Shown: one piece after another, positions 50,993 to 64,000 of the stretch
Layout of the letters: each line of letters begins with the position of its first letter
Position numbering within the stretch: position 1 is the first letter of the stretch
Origin: Obrimoposthia wandeli
Taxonomy: Eukaryota
Length of the DNA stretch: 64,000 bases
Direction: 5' to 3'
Assembly (NCBI GenBank): GCA_977020255.1
Contig: CDROCS010003621.1
Location: forward strand, 434,001 to 498,000
Made by a program: the position numbers and the translations under genes
The notes under the pieces: model-generated
Database searches by the model: none
What the model saw: only the letters and a program-made list of their open reading frames with translations
Told to the model about the DNA's origin: nothing

Positions 50993-53900
50993 TCACACGA
51001 AGGTCAGCATGACCCTGACGTCGGTGGCTGGGTCACTGGAGTTCTTGGAGGAGGACTGTTGTTTATGCTCGATCCTAGCTCGGCGACTGGCTCGGTATTC
51101 CCGCCAGCGACTTGCATTGTTGTCTGCCGTGGCCGCGTTCTCACTATCGCTCGAGTCTTCTGCGGCGGGCTGGCGTGTTCGGGACTGGTCTGAGGGTCTG
51201 GTGGGTCCTGATGACGAAGAAGAGGAGGCTGCCGGGGGTGGGGGACCCAAACCTGGTGTGCCCTGGGCCACTCTGCATTGAAAATAGAGGGTGCTAATAA
51301 CAAAGCACAACGACTTAAGGCCTAAGAAAGAAATGTTTAATAAATCTATATCAAAGGTTGATTACACACAATTTAAAATTATAATTTAAAGAAAAATCTT
51401 TCAAAAACTCTTTTATTTGATGCAAAACTTATTTTAAAAATTCATTTTTTAACAAATAATAAAACGAAAGGTAAATTTCAACGAACAGGCAAACAATCAA
51501 CCCTGAAACTCATCAATTTGGATAGATAGTGACCACTGTCAATTGAAGTTTAGCCACCCCTTTTAGTCAATTGAATATATTCATTTGTATACTTATTTTT
51601 ACAACATTTTTCTGCACTCGAAATTTTCAGGCTGGGTAAAATGCACTGCCTCTTACTTTGCGGACTCCACCACTAATTTCATCTTTTGCAATACATATAA
51701 AAACGAGAGAGTAAATCGTTAAATTTAATTATGAAACAAATTCCTAAACGTATTGTTAACATATATTTTAAATTACAGTGATGCAATATTGACTTTTATT
51801 CGGAAATGCAGATCATTTACTATTCCATCGTATATAATAAAATAAAAGGCTTTCTACAGATAACCTCTAATATGTAAATTCTAGAAATATCTATTCTTTG
51901 CATGCAAGTATTGGGCACTGAAAATCAATAACCATCGATATTGTCAAGTGAAGAAGGATTATGTGCGTTTTTGGCCATTGAACAAATATATTCACGGATA
52001 CAAATAAAAGTCAAATTTTTTTAAAGTAAATAATTATTTTAAATTAGGCTTTTATCAAAATATAAATAAAAGTGTATCAAACACAATTTGATTTTATTGT
52101 TAAAATTACACCCTTTAACTGATGAATATTCGTATTATAGATTTTTCCTGCTTTGATAATCTTATAATATCAGTATTTTATGTGGTAGAGTTTAAATAAG
52201 CAGAATGATTAAAATCATAAGTTCTATCATTTTACAGAATTCTTGAACCGTCTTGATATCTTTGTTACATATGATTAATTTTATAGAATCATGAGTGTTC
52301 TGACGTGAGGTAGGATATTTAGGAAAAATATGTGTAATATATAATAATATTTTATTTGTAATTGTTTTAGAATTTGTTCAAAATAGTGGCTGGTGGCGGC
52401 AAAAGAAAAGATTTGAAGTGTAAAATTTTGAATTGATAAAAGGAGCTAGCGACAATTGGTTTTTGAGATTATTGAGGATTGGACCAGTGTTTGTAAAATC
52501 GTTTTTTTGAATGAAATTTGAAAAGTTGTAATTTGATTGAAATCCAAAAACAATGAGTATATGAACAATTTTATATGTTGGGTGGTGAAACAGTATACAC
52601 AATTAATTTTTTTAAATTTAAAGCTAATGAACGAGCTCTATTTATTAAAGCTATTTGACAAGTGATTACCAAAATTATTTCAAACTTTATTTATGTCAAA
52701 AATAAATAGTTTGAATAATCAGACCATATAATTTGTTTTTAAATCTTATTATTTGTTGCATTCTTTTTACTTATTTAGGGTGCTGTTATTTATGGAACTT
52801 GTATAACATATCAAATAGTTTCTAACTTTATAAAATGAAAAGCAAATGTTGGAATCTGTGGCACACAGTCTTCTAAGGTCATTTATTTGACAGGCCTTTA
52901 AGAGTGTTTTACGTTAGTAATGCTTTTCGGTTAGTTGACTTAGGGAATTATGAATAATAAATCAAACATTTTATCGAACTAAAATATTTGATTGTTACAT
53001 TTAGTTATTTTTTAGAAAATTTGGTTCACTTTTCATGAAGTTGCTGGAATTAATAAAAGAATGCAACGACAAGGAGAGTAAATTTATTTCCAACGTTGAT
53101 GAAATGCTCTGAATGAGATTATATATGTTTGAACTTAACAGATCTTCAGGATAGATGGTGTTTCCGTGGAGAGAAGACGCTAAGGAAAAGAAATTGACTC
53201 AAAGAGTCACGACTCACATGTCAAGAAGAACTTGTCTTTAATCATTGTACCGTTGTGATAGAACGAACTACCTCAGGGAAGCATGCGCCTGGAGATTATA
53301 AAAGTCATCATCACCAATTGGAGCCCCCTGAAACATTGTGGATATAGATGCTCGCTGTTTCTTCCGGCGAAAGAACTAAGTTGGACGCCAACTGCCAAAT
53401 AAATGAGTATTCGAGGGCATGTCGTGAAACAAAAGAATGTTTAATGTGCGCCAGATAGAACAGTCTCCACATGATTGAATACAAGCTAAAGCTGCATTTT
53501 ACCTGGGACTACTACTGTATGCCCTTGTTGTATATATCTTTGGAATATGATCCAAATAAAATCATTTGACAGTAAATCATAGCACGACTTTCGTAGACCC
53601 AGAAACATCAGCAGACACACAAATAATCGAAAGCACATCGGAAAGGCATAATGAAGAATACGTTCATGTTTGACAATCGTTGTCACATACGGTAAAAAAA
53701 TAAAAGATAACGCATTTTTGAACAAATTCAAACCGACGTATTTGATTTTTGTGAGTATTTTGTAAATAAATGATTTTTATTTTTTATTATGGGATGAAAA
53801 GATATATGGGGTGAATTAACCGAAAAGATCCGTACATTCAATCAATAGCATATCTATGAAGGCTCCAATGGGAAAATGTTAATTATGACATTGCTTTGAA

Positions 53901-56900
53901 GGATTCTCACCTCACTGGCCTCTTGACGAGGTACTTAGATCCGTCTGATCGCTTCTTCATGACCCACTGCATGGAGCAGCCAGCTGTGGTGGCAGCAGTT
54001 GTAGCAGCAGAAGCAGCTGAGGATGAAGCTCGTCTGTTCGGCTCAGGTGCAGTCTGTGGAGGCTGCAGCCTCAGCACGGGGTTACGTGTCGGCTCCGAGG
54101 CTGGTGGCGGCGGCAACAGGGTCATGGTGAGAGGCGGTTGTTGTTGTTGGGGGGCTGGCTGACCTCGAGGCGGCAACCGGGTGCCCATACGTGGGGTGGG
54201 TTTGTTCGTGTTGATGCTTGGCTGACTGGCCACTGCCGCTTGTTGTTGCTGCTTGAAGGCTCGCGCACGCTCAAGCTGCAGACATTGCACACGCAGTCGC
54301 TCCAGCTGCTCGTCAATACTGCCCAGGTCCAGTTCAATGAAGTCGTCTCCGCTCGGTTGACCTCCACGGGAGGACAATGCTGCAGCCGCCACTTGTACCG
54401 AGCCAGAACCACAGTCGCTGCTATCCTCGGTACGCACATGGTCCTCGGCCGTCCTGCCCATCCCGGAGTCCGCGTCTAAAGGCCGCACTGACTGCAGCAC
54501 AGAAAAATTTCCTTCACTCTCACGCTCATCACCGACACAACGAGCTACATACGTTTTCACACTCAGCAGACGCCAAACAGTGGATAACTGCTGGGCAAGC
54601 CAATTAAATATAGATTTCTTGCAAAAGAATCAACGAATTTCGTTCAAATTTATTTTAGTGACAAATGTGTTACTAGAAATTTTTAATCATTATATTTTTG
54701 TAAACAGGAACGTCTTGATGTGTCTTCTGAATTCTTCAATATTATTACAATTTCATACGGCTAATGGCGAACTCTTGTAAGCCTTGCATGCATACACTTA
54801 AAAATAGAGCCTTCTTTCTACAATTTAGAACTTTAAATTGTCAGTCTTCTATTATTATCATTTCTTAAATTAATCAAACTTGAAATTTCGATTTCAAGGA
54901 ATTTACACAAAAATAGAGGTGACTTTAAAACTAAACAATTTGAATCAATAAATGTACATTTTTCTCTACTATACATACATGTAAAAAGTTAGAATAATTA
55001 AAATTATCATTGTTGTCAGGTCCAATTTATGATTTGTTATATTTTGTGTATAAAAACAGAAGGTGTGTTTCATTGTTAAATTATGTGACCTTTATTCATT
55101 TCCGTGCCAATTGACCTTGAAATATTATTTAAGCTAATTATTCTGTAAATCACATGAATAAAAAGTCATAATATAATACATTTATGCCCATTTGGGAATA
55201 CTCTAGCTCTTTATTATTAAGATCATAGTATACTTTATTAAGGTCATTCATTTGTCCGTTGTATTTTACTTTGGAAAATTATTTGAGTTGGGATTGAAGT
55301 TATTGCAGAACGGTTAATCCGTTACCTGATTCTATTGTCTGAATAGATGAGCCTCATTGTTCACTCGATCCTAGAATGTCCTTCATCCTACACATTTGTC
55401 TGGAATCATTATTATTCAAAAAAGTCAAACAATTGTTGGATTAATCTCATTATAACTTGAACAGTTTCATTGATCTATTCACTTCAGCATGATTTCAATT
55501 CACGGAAGGTTAATAGACGGGGCAAAGTTAGTGAATACAATCTTAATTTATCGGCTTCAGAAGGTATTGAATCAGCTCTTCCTTTGTGTTGAATCAATTC
55601 GTTTTTTATTTCAATTTTCAATAGCTACTCAGTACACATATGACTGTTCATTCATCATTATCTTGGATTGATCTTCGTTGGGTCTCTTCCACATTCTCTC
55701 GTGGCAACAGACTTCGCCATTTCCGGATAAGCGGATGAGCAGAGACAATGGAGTGGCGGTTATTAGGCTCAATTAGGTCTGCCTACTGCCAAGTTTCCCA
55801 GAAACTTCTCCATACATTAAAACTTTGAATAAACAAAATGCTAACTAAGAATTGTGAATGGGAATATGCTATTTTCAATTTTAATTAAATTTTCACTTTT
55901 TAATGTTTTTCGCCAAGAGTGACAGAGGTGCTAATTTTAGGCAGAAGGGCTCGTGTGTACCTCCAGAACGTCGTAGCAGTCATGTAGGTCATCCGGGCCG
56001 GCTGCAGTAGTGTAAGGGTCGTGCTGTAGGCTATGGTGGGGAGCAGCGATGTCTGCAGCCATCAGCTGGAGCTGGCTGCTGGCAGAGCGGGCTAGAAGTA
56101 GGGTGATGCACTCGGAGCCTGAGGCAGCACTAAAGAGAGCCATCACTTGGTCGCGGGAAAAAACGTCTTGATGGTCGATCTGCAGCACCTGGTCACCGAG
56201 CCGTAGACCGGGGGTTTGTGCAGCTGGGGACCCAGATTCGATCTAGAGAGTGAGTGTCAGAGTGAATGACGTGATAAGAGTGAGAGTGAGAGTAAGTAAT
56301 TGAGTAAAAGAGTGAATGAGTAAGTGCATATGTGATTAAATGTGTGAGTAGATAAGTGAGTTAGTGAAAGAGTAGGTAGGTGTGGGAGAGATTGAGTGAC
56401 AATTAGTTTGTTTATGCATGAGTTACAAATTGGGAAAGTAAGTGTAAAAGTGAAAAGGTGAATGAGTGAAAGTGAGTGAGAGGGAGTAAAAGAGGTCAAA
56501 ACGGGACTGTACCTCGCCAACAAAGACATCAGACAACCGCGAATCAGCGTTACTGACGCAGTAGAAGAGAGTGAGTCCGAGTTTGTTTCCACGGCGCCGG
56601 GAAATGACGACTTCCTCGCACACGAAGCCGAGCGACTGCTCCCAGGCCAGGTCCACCATGTCTGGCGGACCCACTGAGTGTTGCTGCTGCAGCTGGTGGT
56701 GGTCGCTTATAGGCGGGGATGGGCTGCTGGTGGTCGAGGAGACGAGGTAGTCGTACTGCTGCGACTGGGGACAACTATACGGATCGTCGTAGTCACAGGA
56801 TGACGTGCCACCCATGTGCTGCTGCTGACTTAGTGGTGGAGGTGGCAACATTGCGGTGACGTAATGGTCAGGCTCCATAGGGCCACAGCGTGTGCTCAGG

Positions 56901-56944
56901 AAGTGCAGCCGCTCCGCCAGAAACTGTAGCTGAGCCGCCTTCTT
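50993..56944 (-). CDS. PDZRN3/4-like: Host PDZ-domain protein of the PDZRN3/PDZRN4/PDZD4 family (partial); exons 56513-56944, 55961-56242, 53911-54491, 50993-51272
   Basis: PDZ domain KLGLTLFY...VFVGE|IESGSPAA..GLRLGDQVLQID; DSGMGRT..E.SS; QWVMKKRSDGSKYLVKRPVR; C-terminal LTFV*. GT-AG junction phases are consistent (0, 0, 2). Upstream exons were not identified. Confidence 0.85.
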
Positions 56945-57849
56945 CTGTGAGTGTGTACATCGATAACTCTTACTCTGATTCGCAATTTCATTTGGAGCAG
57001 AAATCAAACATAAGGGGTATTTCGAAAACTTACATATTGACAGAACTAACAATGTCGGAAAAATGTTTATTAGACTTTGAAGTAATTTTAAAGTAATTAT
57101 CATAAAATTCATTTCAACATTCTTTAGAATTGGTAAAACAAATTATATTTACAAATTTTAATAAAAATTCAAATCTGTTTAATCTATGGCTATATAAGTA
57201 TTTATAGTTTATTTATAAAGAGATATAGGTAACTTTAATTACATCTCAAAAAATTGAATAATATTATAACAATCAGATGATGCCAGGATTTTCAAATCTA
57301 ACATTATTTAGATGAGAACTATTTTATTACCACAATTGATAATTCGAAATTTTATTTTACAAAAATGCATACAGTCGCGTGTTTTTGGCCTAAAGGAATT
57401 TACTTTCAAAACCATTGATTTTGATGTAGGTTAACACCTGTGAACTAGACTACTTTATTTATATAAAAATGGGAACTGAAGAAAAACACACACACACAGC
57501 TGCAAATGTGCGTAATAGTGCATGTAGTGCATCAACTTCGAACGAAACTTTCCCGAGAAATGTGCATTGACCTAAAATTTTCGAAATACAGAGACACAGG
57601 ATGTGAAATGGACATAGTCGCTGACATTTGTTTAATTTATCTGTTTTATTCTCACTTAATATCCATCATTATTTCAATTTAATGAAGACCGTAAACTTAA
57701 CAACCTACGAGAACTAGAAGGCAGTAGTTATCTCAGAAAATTTAATACACATACAAAATTATCTTAGATTTGGATACAGAATATTTATTAATGGGATATT
57801 TATTTTAAAATAGTTAATTATTTAGTCTACAAAAGAAAAGCATATTAAC

Positions 57850-58450
57850 GATATTTCCCCAATTACTATTATAACTCGTTGAACCAAAAAATCCAAGTTA
57901 ATTTTTTTTACAACGATATAAAATTATTTCAGAAATAATTTAGAAGGTCTTTAGATATATGCAATGCCGAAGATCGACAAACTGGATTTTATATCTTTAA
58001 AAAATCTAATGCTTCAATCTTTGATATAAAACTCAATCAAATTTATTCAATTACGTTAGACAGTGGCAGAAACATGATTAAAGATGCTGATACGACGCAG
58101 AATTATATGAAAATGAGCTACCGATATCATTTTTTGAAGAAACCGATATACTATCTACTCTGCATACAAATATGATACAAATATGATACAAATAAAGTGT
58201 TGCCAGGATTTATTGATAGATGCCGAAAAAGATGTAAGAAATTAAGAACTCCAATTATATCAAATAAAGCTAAAAGTTTAATTTATAAAAAACTATTCTT
58301 CACTATGGAACTCGACTTATAATATGCTTGACAGTTGTTAGAAATACCGAATTGACAATGAACTTTTGAGAATTTGGGCCAGTTAACATTCTGACTAAAG
58401 CTGAAAAATGAACAAATGAATTTAGGAAATTTTTATGGACTTATATACAA
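57850..58450 (+). pseudogene. Degenerate hAT (Ac-like) transposase fragment
   Basis: DSGRNMIK and LWNSTYNMLD remnants. Confidence 0.5.
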
Positions 58451-60970
58451 TTTAAATGCTGACCTGTATTCAAATTTTAAAGGCTGGTTTCATCAACGGA
58501 GCCAAAAAGCAGATATTTATCACAATAAGTATTTTGCAACATAATCAACGATAGAGGAAGGGAATATTGCCAGTCACACACCGAACACTAGTTCTTCCAA
58601 CAATGGTGAAAAAGACATATTGGAACAGTTTCTGAAAGGCAAATACAATTATTAACGTAGCTTTCACAGAATGATGACAGACATAGCACAGATAATGTAG
58701 GAACATCAGTAAAATTAATTTAATATCTATGAAAAATAGTCGAGAATGTCAAAGACCAAAGCGTAATCTAGTTTTGGGTGTAGCGTAAATTTGACATACC
58801 GTTACTTTAACAAGTTTCTCCAGTTATTCTAGCTTTGAGAAAATTCTATTGATCACTTTTAATATCGCCCATTTTTCTTTTAAGAAATGTTAATAAATTT
58901 TATATCTCAAATGTTATTATAGTACACAGTATTTAATTTAATTACTTTTAAAATGTTGTACATAATTTTGGTAATAATTAAGCATTTCACAATATTGAGA
59001 ATTTTGGCTATGTTTACATTTTTTTTTGTGCAATATATTTTTTGTTGGAGCAATCTTCGAGGATGTACTTGAAAAACACTTCTAACACACTTTAACTCAA
59101 ACACTCCGGTTAATACTCTAAATTTGTTCTAGATCTGTAACAAAATTAAATAGCGAACTAACACTCAATCAATAGGACCTTGAAACGACAATTTTATTGG
59201 CAAATAAAACCTTTCAGATGCTATTGACGAAGTAACAGATTTCATTGTGCTGTGCAGTTCATAAACAGTGATTAAGATGAGTCGCTAAAGTAATCGATTA
59301 ATGCACATCGAGCGAAAGTCACAATATATGTGAACATTTGTGACTGATACAAAAGTTGAAGACCTGAAAAGAGTATGACTCGTTCAAGCATCTTGAAAAC
59401 TTACAACTACTTTACAGAAAATATTTTAACTCATACTAATAAAAATATTTTTCAAATAAATCAATTAAAACGTTATAAAAGCATTAAATAAAATCATATT
59501 TAATTACAAATGTGTTGAAATAATTAATTGACAATTTAAAAACATATTATTACAGTTGTACTAATTATTAAAATGTAAAATTGTTTTCTAACTCTTTGTG
59601 TAAATGTTTGTTTGACTGAATCCATATTTACTAATTTTCTAAGTTATAATTCAAAATCTATTTCAAACTGAAAAGAAAAACTATAATTATGCATAAAGTT
59701 TTAAGTAGTGCTGAATTGAACTGAGTATGTTACTCTTTTCGTACAAATATTGATAATTTTGTCTGAATTTCAATATCAAATAAAACATGGTGTTACACTT
59801 ATTTACATGGTAAGCTCACAGCAATTGGTGCTTAAAAATGTTTCTGTTGATGTTTTTTTTTCAGAAAACTCCTCATAGTTAATAATATGTAAAATGTTTT
59901 CACTACTTTTAAAACCGAAAGAGTAGGTTAACAGAAAATACTATTAAATAATAACAAAATAATACGCCTATAGATAAATTTCAATACAACATTTTTTAGT
60001 GCAATGCAAATTATACGCGTGCGTTGGATGGAGAGAAATTTTATCGTTTACCAGGGTTCTAATTAATTAATTTAAATATTACTCCGGTTATATAAAATAT
60101 AATCTAAAACTTTAATATTTTAACATTAAAAAAATAAGTAATTATTAGTAAGACAACTTATGAATATATTATATGAATAAATTGTTTACAATTTGTTATT
60201 TCGAATTACTTTATAAGTATCACTAAAATGAAACTGTATTTTAAATCATTCCATTATTTATAATCGAAAGAGGTTTATATTACCTACTATAGAGAGTAAT
60301 GTAGGTAGATTATAATTATTTATTTATATAAATTCTACTTGAAATAAAAAGTCAAATAATAGTCAAATAATTATTTTTAATTATTTTGAACTTTATGGTA
60401 CTCAACAATTATTAACTGTTACTAAACCGTCAACGTTAATTTAGATATTCAAAAATAATAATAATGTTATTCTTCCTTAAAACTAAGTAAAATTGATAGT
60501 TTTTTAAAATTTGAGAATATGATAAAAATAAATTTATTAAGCGCAATTGTCTTTCCCATATTGTAAAATACAATTGTATAGAAATGAATAAATATAAATT
60601 GAAAAATCTGTAAAATTTTTAACTTTATATGTTAAAGTTGTATAATTTTCATTTAAAAGTATGAAATAAAAGTAATAAAAAGTAATGCCAATTAATTTTT
60701 TCAAGAAAGTTTGCTTTGCATTAAAGTTCAAAGCTTAGTTACAGCAAATATTAACTGTAAGAATGCACTTTGAACTCATTTTAATTATTTTGGTATGTAT
60801 TGAATAAAAAGTGACAGTACAGATAAAATTCATCAAATCAAAGTCATTAAAAATATAAGTTTAAAAAAGTATTCTCTAGCCTTCTCACAATAGCTAATAT
60901 ATTTTCGTTAAAACTTCGATTCAAAAACTCACATTCAGTCCAGTATAAGCCAACCAATAATTGTTTATAC

Positions 60971-63469
60971 CAGGGGTGTGCAACAGGCGGCCCGCGGGCC
61001 ACAACCCATCCCGCGAAGCCATTTAGTGCGGCCCTCGCGTGCCAGATTAAATTAAAAAGTTTGGCAGATTTTATAAAATTTATTATAAATATAATAATAA
61101 AAAATAATAATCAGAATGAATATAGACTTACAAGATATTTTTAATTTATACACTTTCTTTAAAATTGCGCCAACACTAAAACAAAAAATGATCTACACAT
61201 TTTTGGCCTAGCATGTATGGGTGAGTCATTTGTTTAACTAATAGCATGTGCTAAAAGTACATAGACAATCATGCTATCTTTTGTTATGCACACATATACA
61301 CATAAAAACAAAGCGTCCTTTTAAATAAGGACGCTGTCTATGTGCAGACCAACACGCACTCACTTTTTCAACAGTACCTTACGGCTTATACAGACCATAG
61401 TACAGGAGATTGAAGGTAAATGGATTATTATTTTCTTTTGAAATGATAGCATATTTTGTTACTGTTAATTTTTTGTGTGCTTATTTCAGGATGAGTAAAA
61501 TGTGGGCAGCTAAGAAACGAAAAATTGATGACGAAGGAAGGGTATTTAACAGTGATTGGTGTACAAAATATCTTGTTGCCCCACATAACGAAGGTGTTGT
61601 CTGCCTCGTCTGTCAAGTTACAATTGCAGTCATGAAGGAATATAATGTTAAACGTCATTACACAACGAAGCACTCCTCCCAGTTTGATAAAATTGTTGGT
61701 CAGGCAAGAGTGGACAAAATTGAACATTTAAAAAAATCATTTGAAAAACAACAAGGTATTTTTACCACTTACAAGAATAACTCAGAACTGGTGACAAAAC
61801 TGAGTTTTAAGCTTTGTGAATGTTTGGCAGAAAAGGGAAAGTCTTTCAGTGATGGAGAATTTATTAAAGATTGTTTAACAATATTCACAGAATATGCATG
61901 CCCAGAGAAAAAATACTTGGTGGATCAAACTAGTCTTTCCCGCTTTACTGTCTCACGCAGGACAAATGATCTTTCAGATAATATCAAAGAAACATTGAAA
62001 GAGAAATTGAAATCATGTGAAGCTTTCAGTCTGGATTTAGATGAGAGTACTGACATCAGTGACACAGCCCAACTTGCCATTTTCATCAGAGCTGTTACTC
62101 CTGCCTTCGATATTGTTGAAGAGTTTTTAGATATGGCAAGCCTTTCTTCAACAACTACAGGACAGGATATTTGTGAACAGGTGCTTAAAGTAGTGGAAAA
62201 GTTTGAACTGAATCCTGCTAAATTGTGTGGTGTTACAACAGATGGTGCTCCTTCCATGACAGGGGGGATAAATGGATTCACCAAAAAATTTATAAATGCA
62301 GTTGGAGCGCAAGACTTAATTGTAAGCCACTGCATTATTCACCAAGAGAACTTGTGCACCAAAGTTTTGGATTTTGCAGAAGTCATGAGAAATGTTGTCA
62401 AGTGTGTAAATTACATTCGAGCACGAGGATTAAATCATCGGCAATTTAAAGCTTTTCTAGATGAGCTGAACTGTGACTATCCTGATGTTGTGTACTTCTC
62501 TGCTGTACGTTGGCTCAGTAGGGCTGCCACTTTGATGAGGTTCTGGAATCTGCGACAGGAGATCAAGTTCTTCATGGAGAGTAAAAATCAGAATGTGGCC
62601 TTCTTAAGCGATGAGAACTGGTTGAATGACTTAGCATTCCTCACAGACATTACACAGCATCTGTCTGATCTGAACTTAAAACTACAAGGGAAAGGTCAGC
62701 TTGTGAATAAGCTGTTTGAGCATATTTGTGCTTTTGAGAATAAATTGGAAATTTTCCAGGCTCAGTTGAGTAGAGCCACATTGACCCATTTCACATGTCT
62801 CGCAACCAGAAAACTGGAATTTCCTGATCTGGATTGTACTAACTATGAAGCGAGTGTACAAAAGCTGCGTGCTGAGTTTACAAACAGATTTTCAGATTTC
62901 AGACAAAATGAAATTAAACTCAAATTGTTTGCTCAACCTTTTGATTTGGTAGTGGAAGACAGCCCTGACGATTGCCAAATGGAACTTATTGAACTGCAGG
63001 CTGACATGGATACCAAGAGGAAATATTCTGAGAATAGTTTGGTAGACTTTTACAAAATCTATATGTGTGAAAAGTTTCCCAATTTGTCAAATCATGCAAA
63101 AAGAATGACCTCCCTCTTTGGTAGCACATACTGCTGTGAGCAATTCTTCTCTAAAATGAAGCTCACTAAACACAGGTTTAGAAGTCAGCTGACTGATGAA
63201 CATTTGATCAGTCAGTTAAGGGTGGCTACTACTTCTGTTAAAGCTGACATTGACAAAATATGCCAGGGATCCAAATTTCAAGTGTCTCACTAAAATGGTA
63301 TGTCATAATATTGTACTAGTATGTTAAATAAATGTATGTGATCATGTTTAATATATTGTGAGAATTTTTGGATTTATTGTCATGAAAAACCTAAATTTTC
63401 AGTGTGGCCCGCTTGATGTCTAGACGTTTTATTATATGGCCCACCGACCAAAAATGTTGCACACGCCTG
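60971..63469 (+). mobile_element. Apparently intact hAT (Buster/SPIN/GTF2IRD2-type) transposon, 2499 bp
   Basis: gtttatac|caggggtgtgcaac ... gttgcacacgcctg|gtttatac: 14-bp TIR (13/14 match) and 8-bp TSD. Confidence 0.97.
61491..63293 (+). CDS. hAT transposase, about 600 aa, uninterrupted
   Basis: KKRKID..GRVF, BED-like CLVC...H...H, LDESTD, TTDGAPSM, CIIHQENLC, VRWLS, TYCCEQFFS. ATG 61491 follows a ttatttcag acceptor. Confidence 0.95.
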   Translation: MSKMWAAKKRKIDDEGRVFNSDWCTKYLVAPHNEGVVCLVCQVTIAVMKEYNVKRHYTTKHSSQFDKIVGQARVDKIEHLKKSFEKQQGIFTTYKNNSELVTKLSFKLCECLAEKGKSFSDGEFIKDCLTIFTEYACPEKKYLVDQTSLSRFTVSRRTNDLSDNIKETLKEKLKSCEAFSLDLDESTDISDTAQLAIFIRAVTPAFDIVEEFLDMASLSSTTTGQDICEQVLKVVEKFELNPAKLCGVTTDGAPSMTGGINGFTKKFINAVGAQDLIVSHCIIHQENLCTKVLDFAEVMRNVVKCVNYIRARGLNHRQFKAFLDELNCDYPDVVYFSAVRWLSRAATLMRFWNLRQEIKFFMESKNQNVAFLSDENWLNDLAFLTDITQHLSDLNLKLQGKGQLVNKLFEHICAFENKLEIFQAQLSRATLTHFTCLATRKLEFPDLDCTNYEASVQKLRAEFTNRFSDFRQNEIKLKLFAQPFDLVVEDSPDDCQMELIELQADMDTKRKYSENSLVDFYKIYMCEKFPNLSNHAKRMTSLFGSTYCCEQFFSKMKLTKHRFRSQLTDEHLISQLRVATTSVKADIDKICQGSKFQVSH

Positions 63470-64000
63470 GTTTATACCTTAAGTTTAAATAATTTGCTTC
63501 CGGAATAGTGATGTTTGCGTTATAAACCATTTCAAATAAAAATTATTTTAAACTTAATTAAATTCAATTTTGGATAAAATTAACTAATTCGAACAGTGAT
63601 AAATAATTGTAGTGAACATTAAAAATGTTCCCAACGCAATTATTTGAATTTATGAGCGACCCAGAGTGCGCTGTATAGCGCCAGAATGGTACAAAAAGCT
63701 ACCCCAGCGACGAGGGTTGACCATAAAGCGACAGTTTTAGGGCAATATCGAATAGAACGGAGACAGTAAACTCAGTAATTTATTGCTAATTAAGCGGTCG
63801 GCTGATCGAGTGAACTAGAGCTGCTGCTGGTGTCGGCGAGGATTGAGTGTCAGGCTTGTTTGATCGGTGTCACAATGTCATCCGAGCCGCACGGCAAATA
63901 TTTGACTGGCAGGAATGCGCACGTGTGTGTGTGTGCGGGAGCAGGAGATCATCGTTCCGGGCTGGCAAGCCGATTAATTGTGTCATCAATAATACTCCAC

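Noticed and set aside
63650-64000. GC-rich island as an upstream RING exon of the PDZRN-like gene
   Set aside because: No RING/TRAF motif in the minus frames; could be regulatory, but unsupported.

Overview
AT-rich eukaryotic (invertebrate-like; taxon not determinable) genomic window that is mostly transposon-derived. The centrepiece is a 15.7-kb Polinton/Maverick (27120-42816) with AG...CT ends, TIRs of about 560 bp and a perfect 6-bp TSD (ACACAG). It carries pPolB, an rve+chromodomain integrase, an A32-like ATPase, minor and (truncated) major capsid genes, but no recognisable protease. Reading it by hand shows seven short GT-AG introns (38-75 nt) in three genes, each restoring the frame. 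One of these genes is a two-repeat TBP-like protein; another is a pPolB gene that starts with a 9-nt exon and a Zn-finger/acidic N-terminal extension. CCAAT+TATA motifs precede the non-structural genes. Also present: the 3' end of an REL-type non-LTR retrotransposon; a scrambled Polinton relic plus a 1.7-kb mini-Polinton containing an 18S rRNA fragment; a Gypsy-like gag element with a chuvirus-type class III glycoprotein but no pol; mariner/Tc1 relics; four exons of a host PDZRN3/4-like gene (minus strand); and an apparently intact hAT (Buster/SPIN-like) transposon with an 8-bp TSD. All homology calls are from motif recognition by eye; no searches were run.
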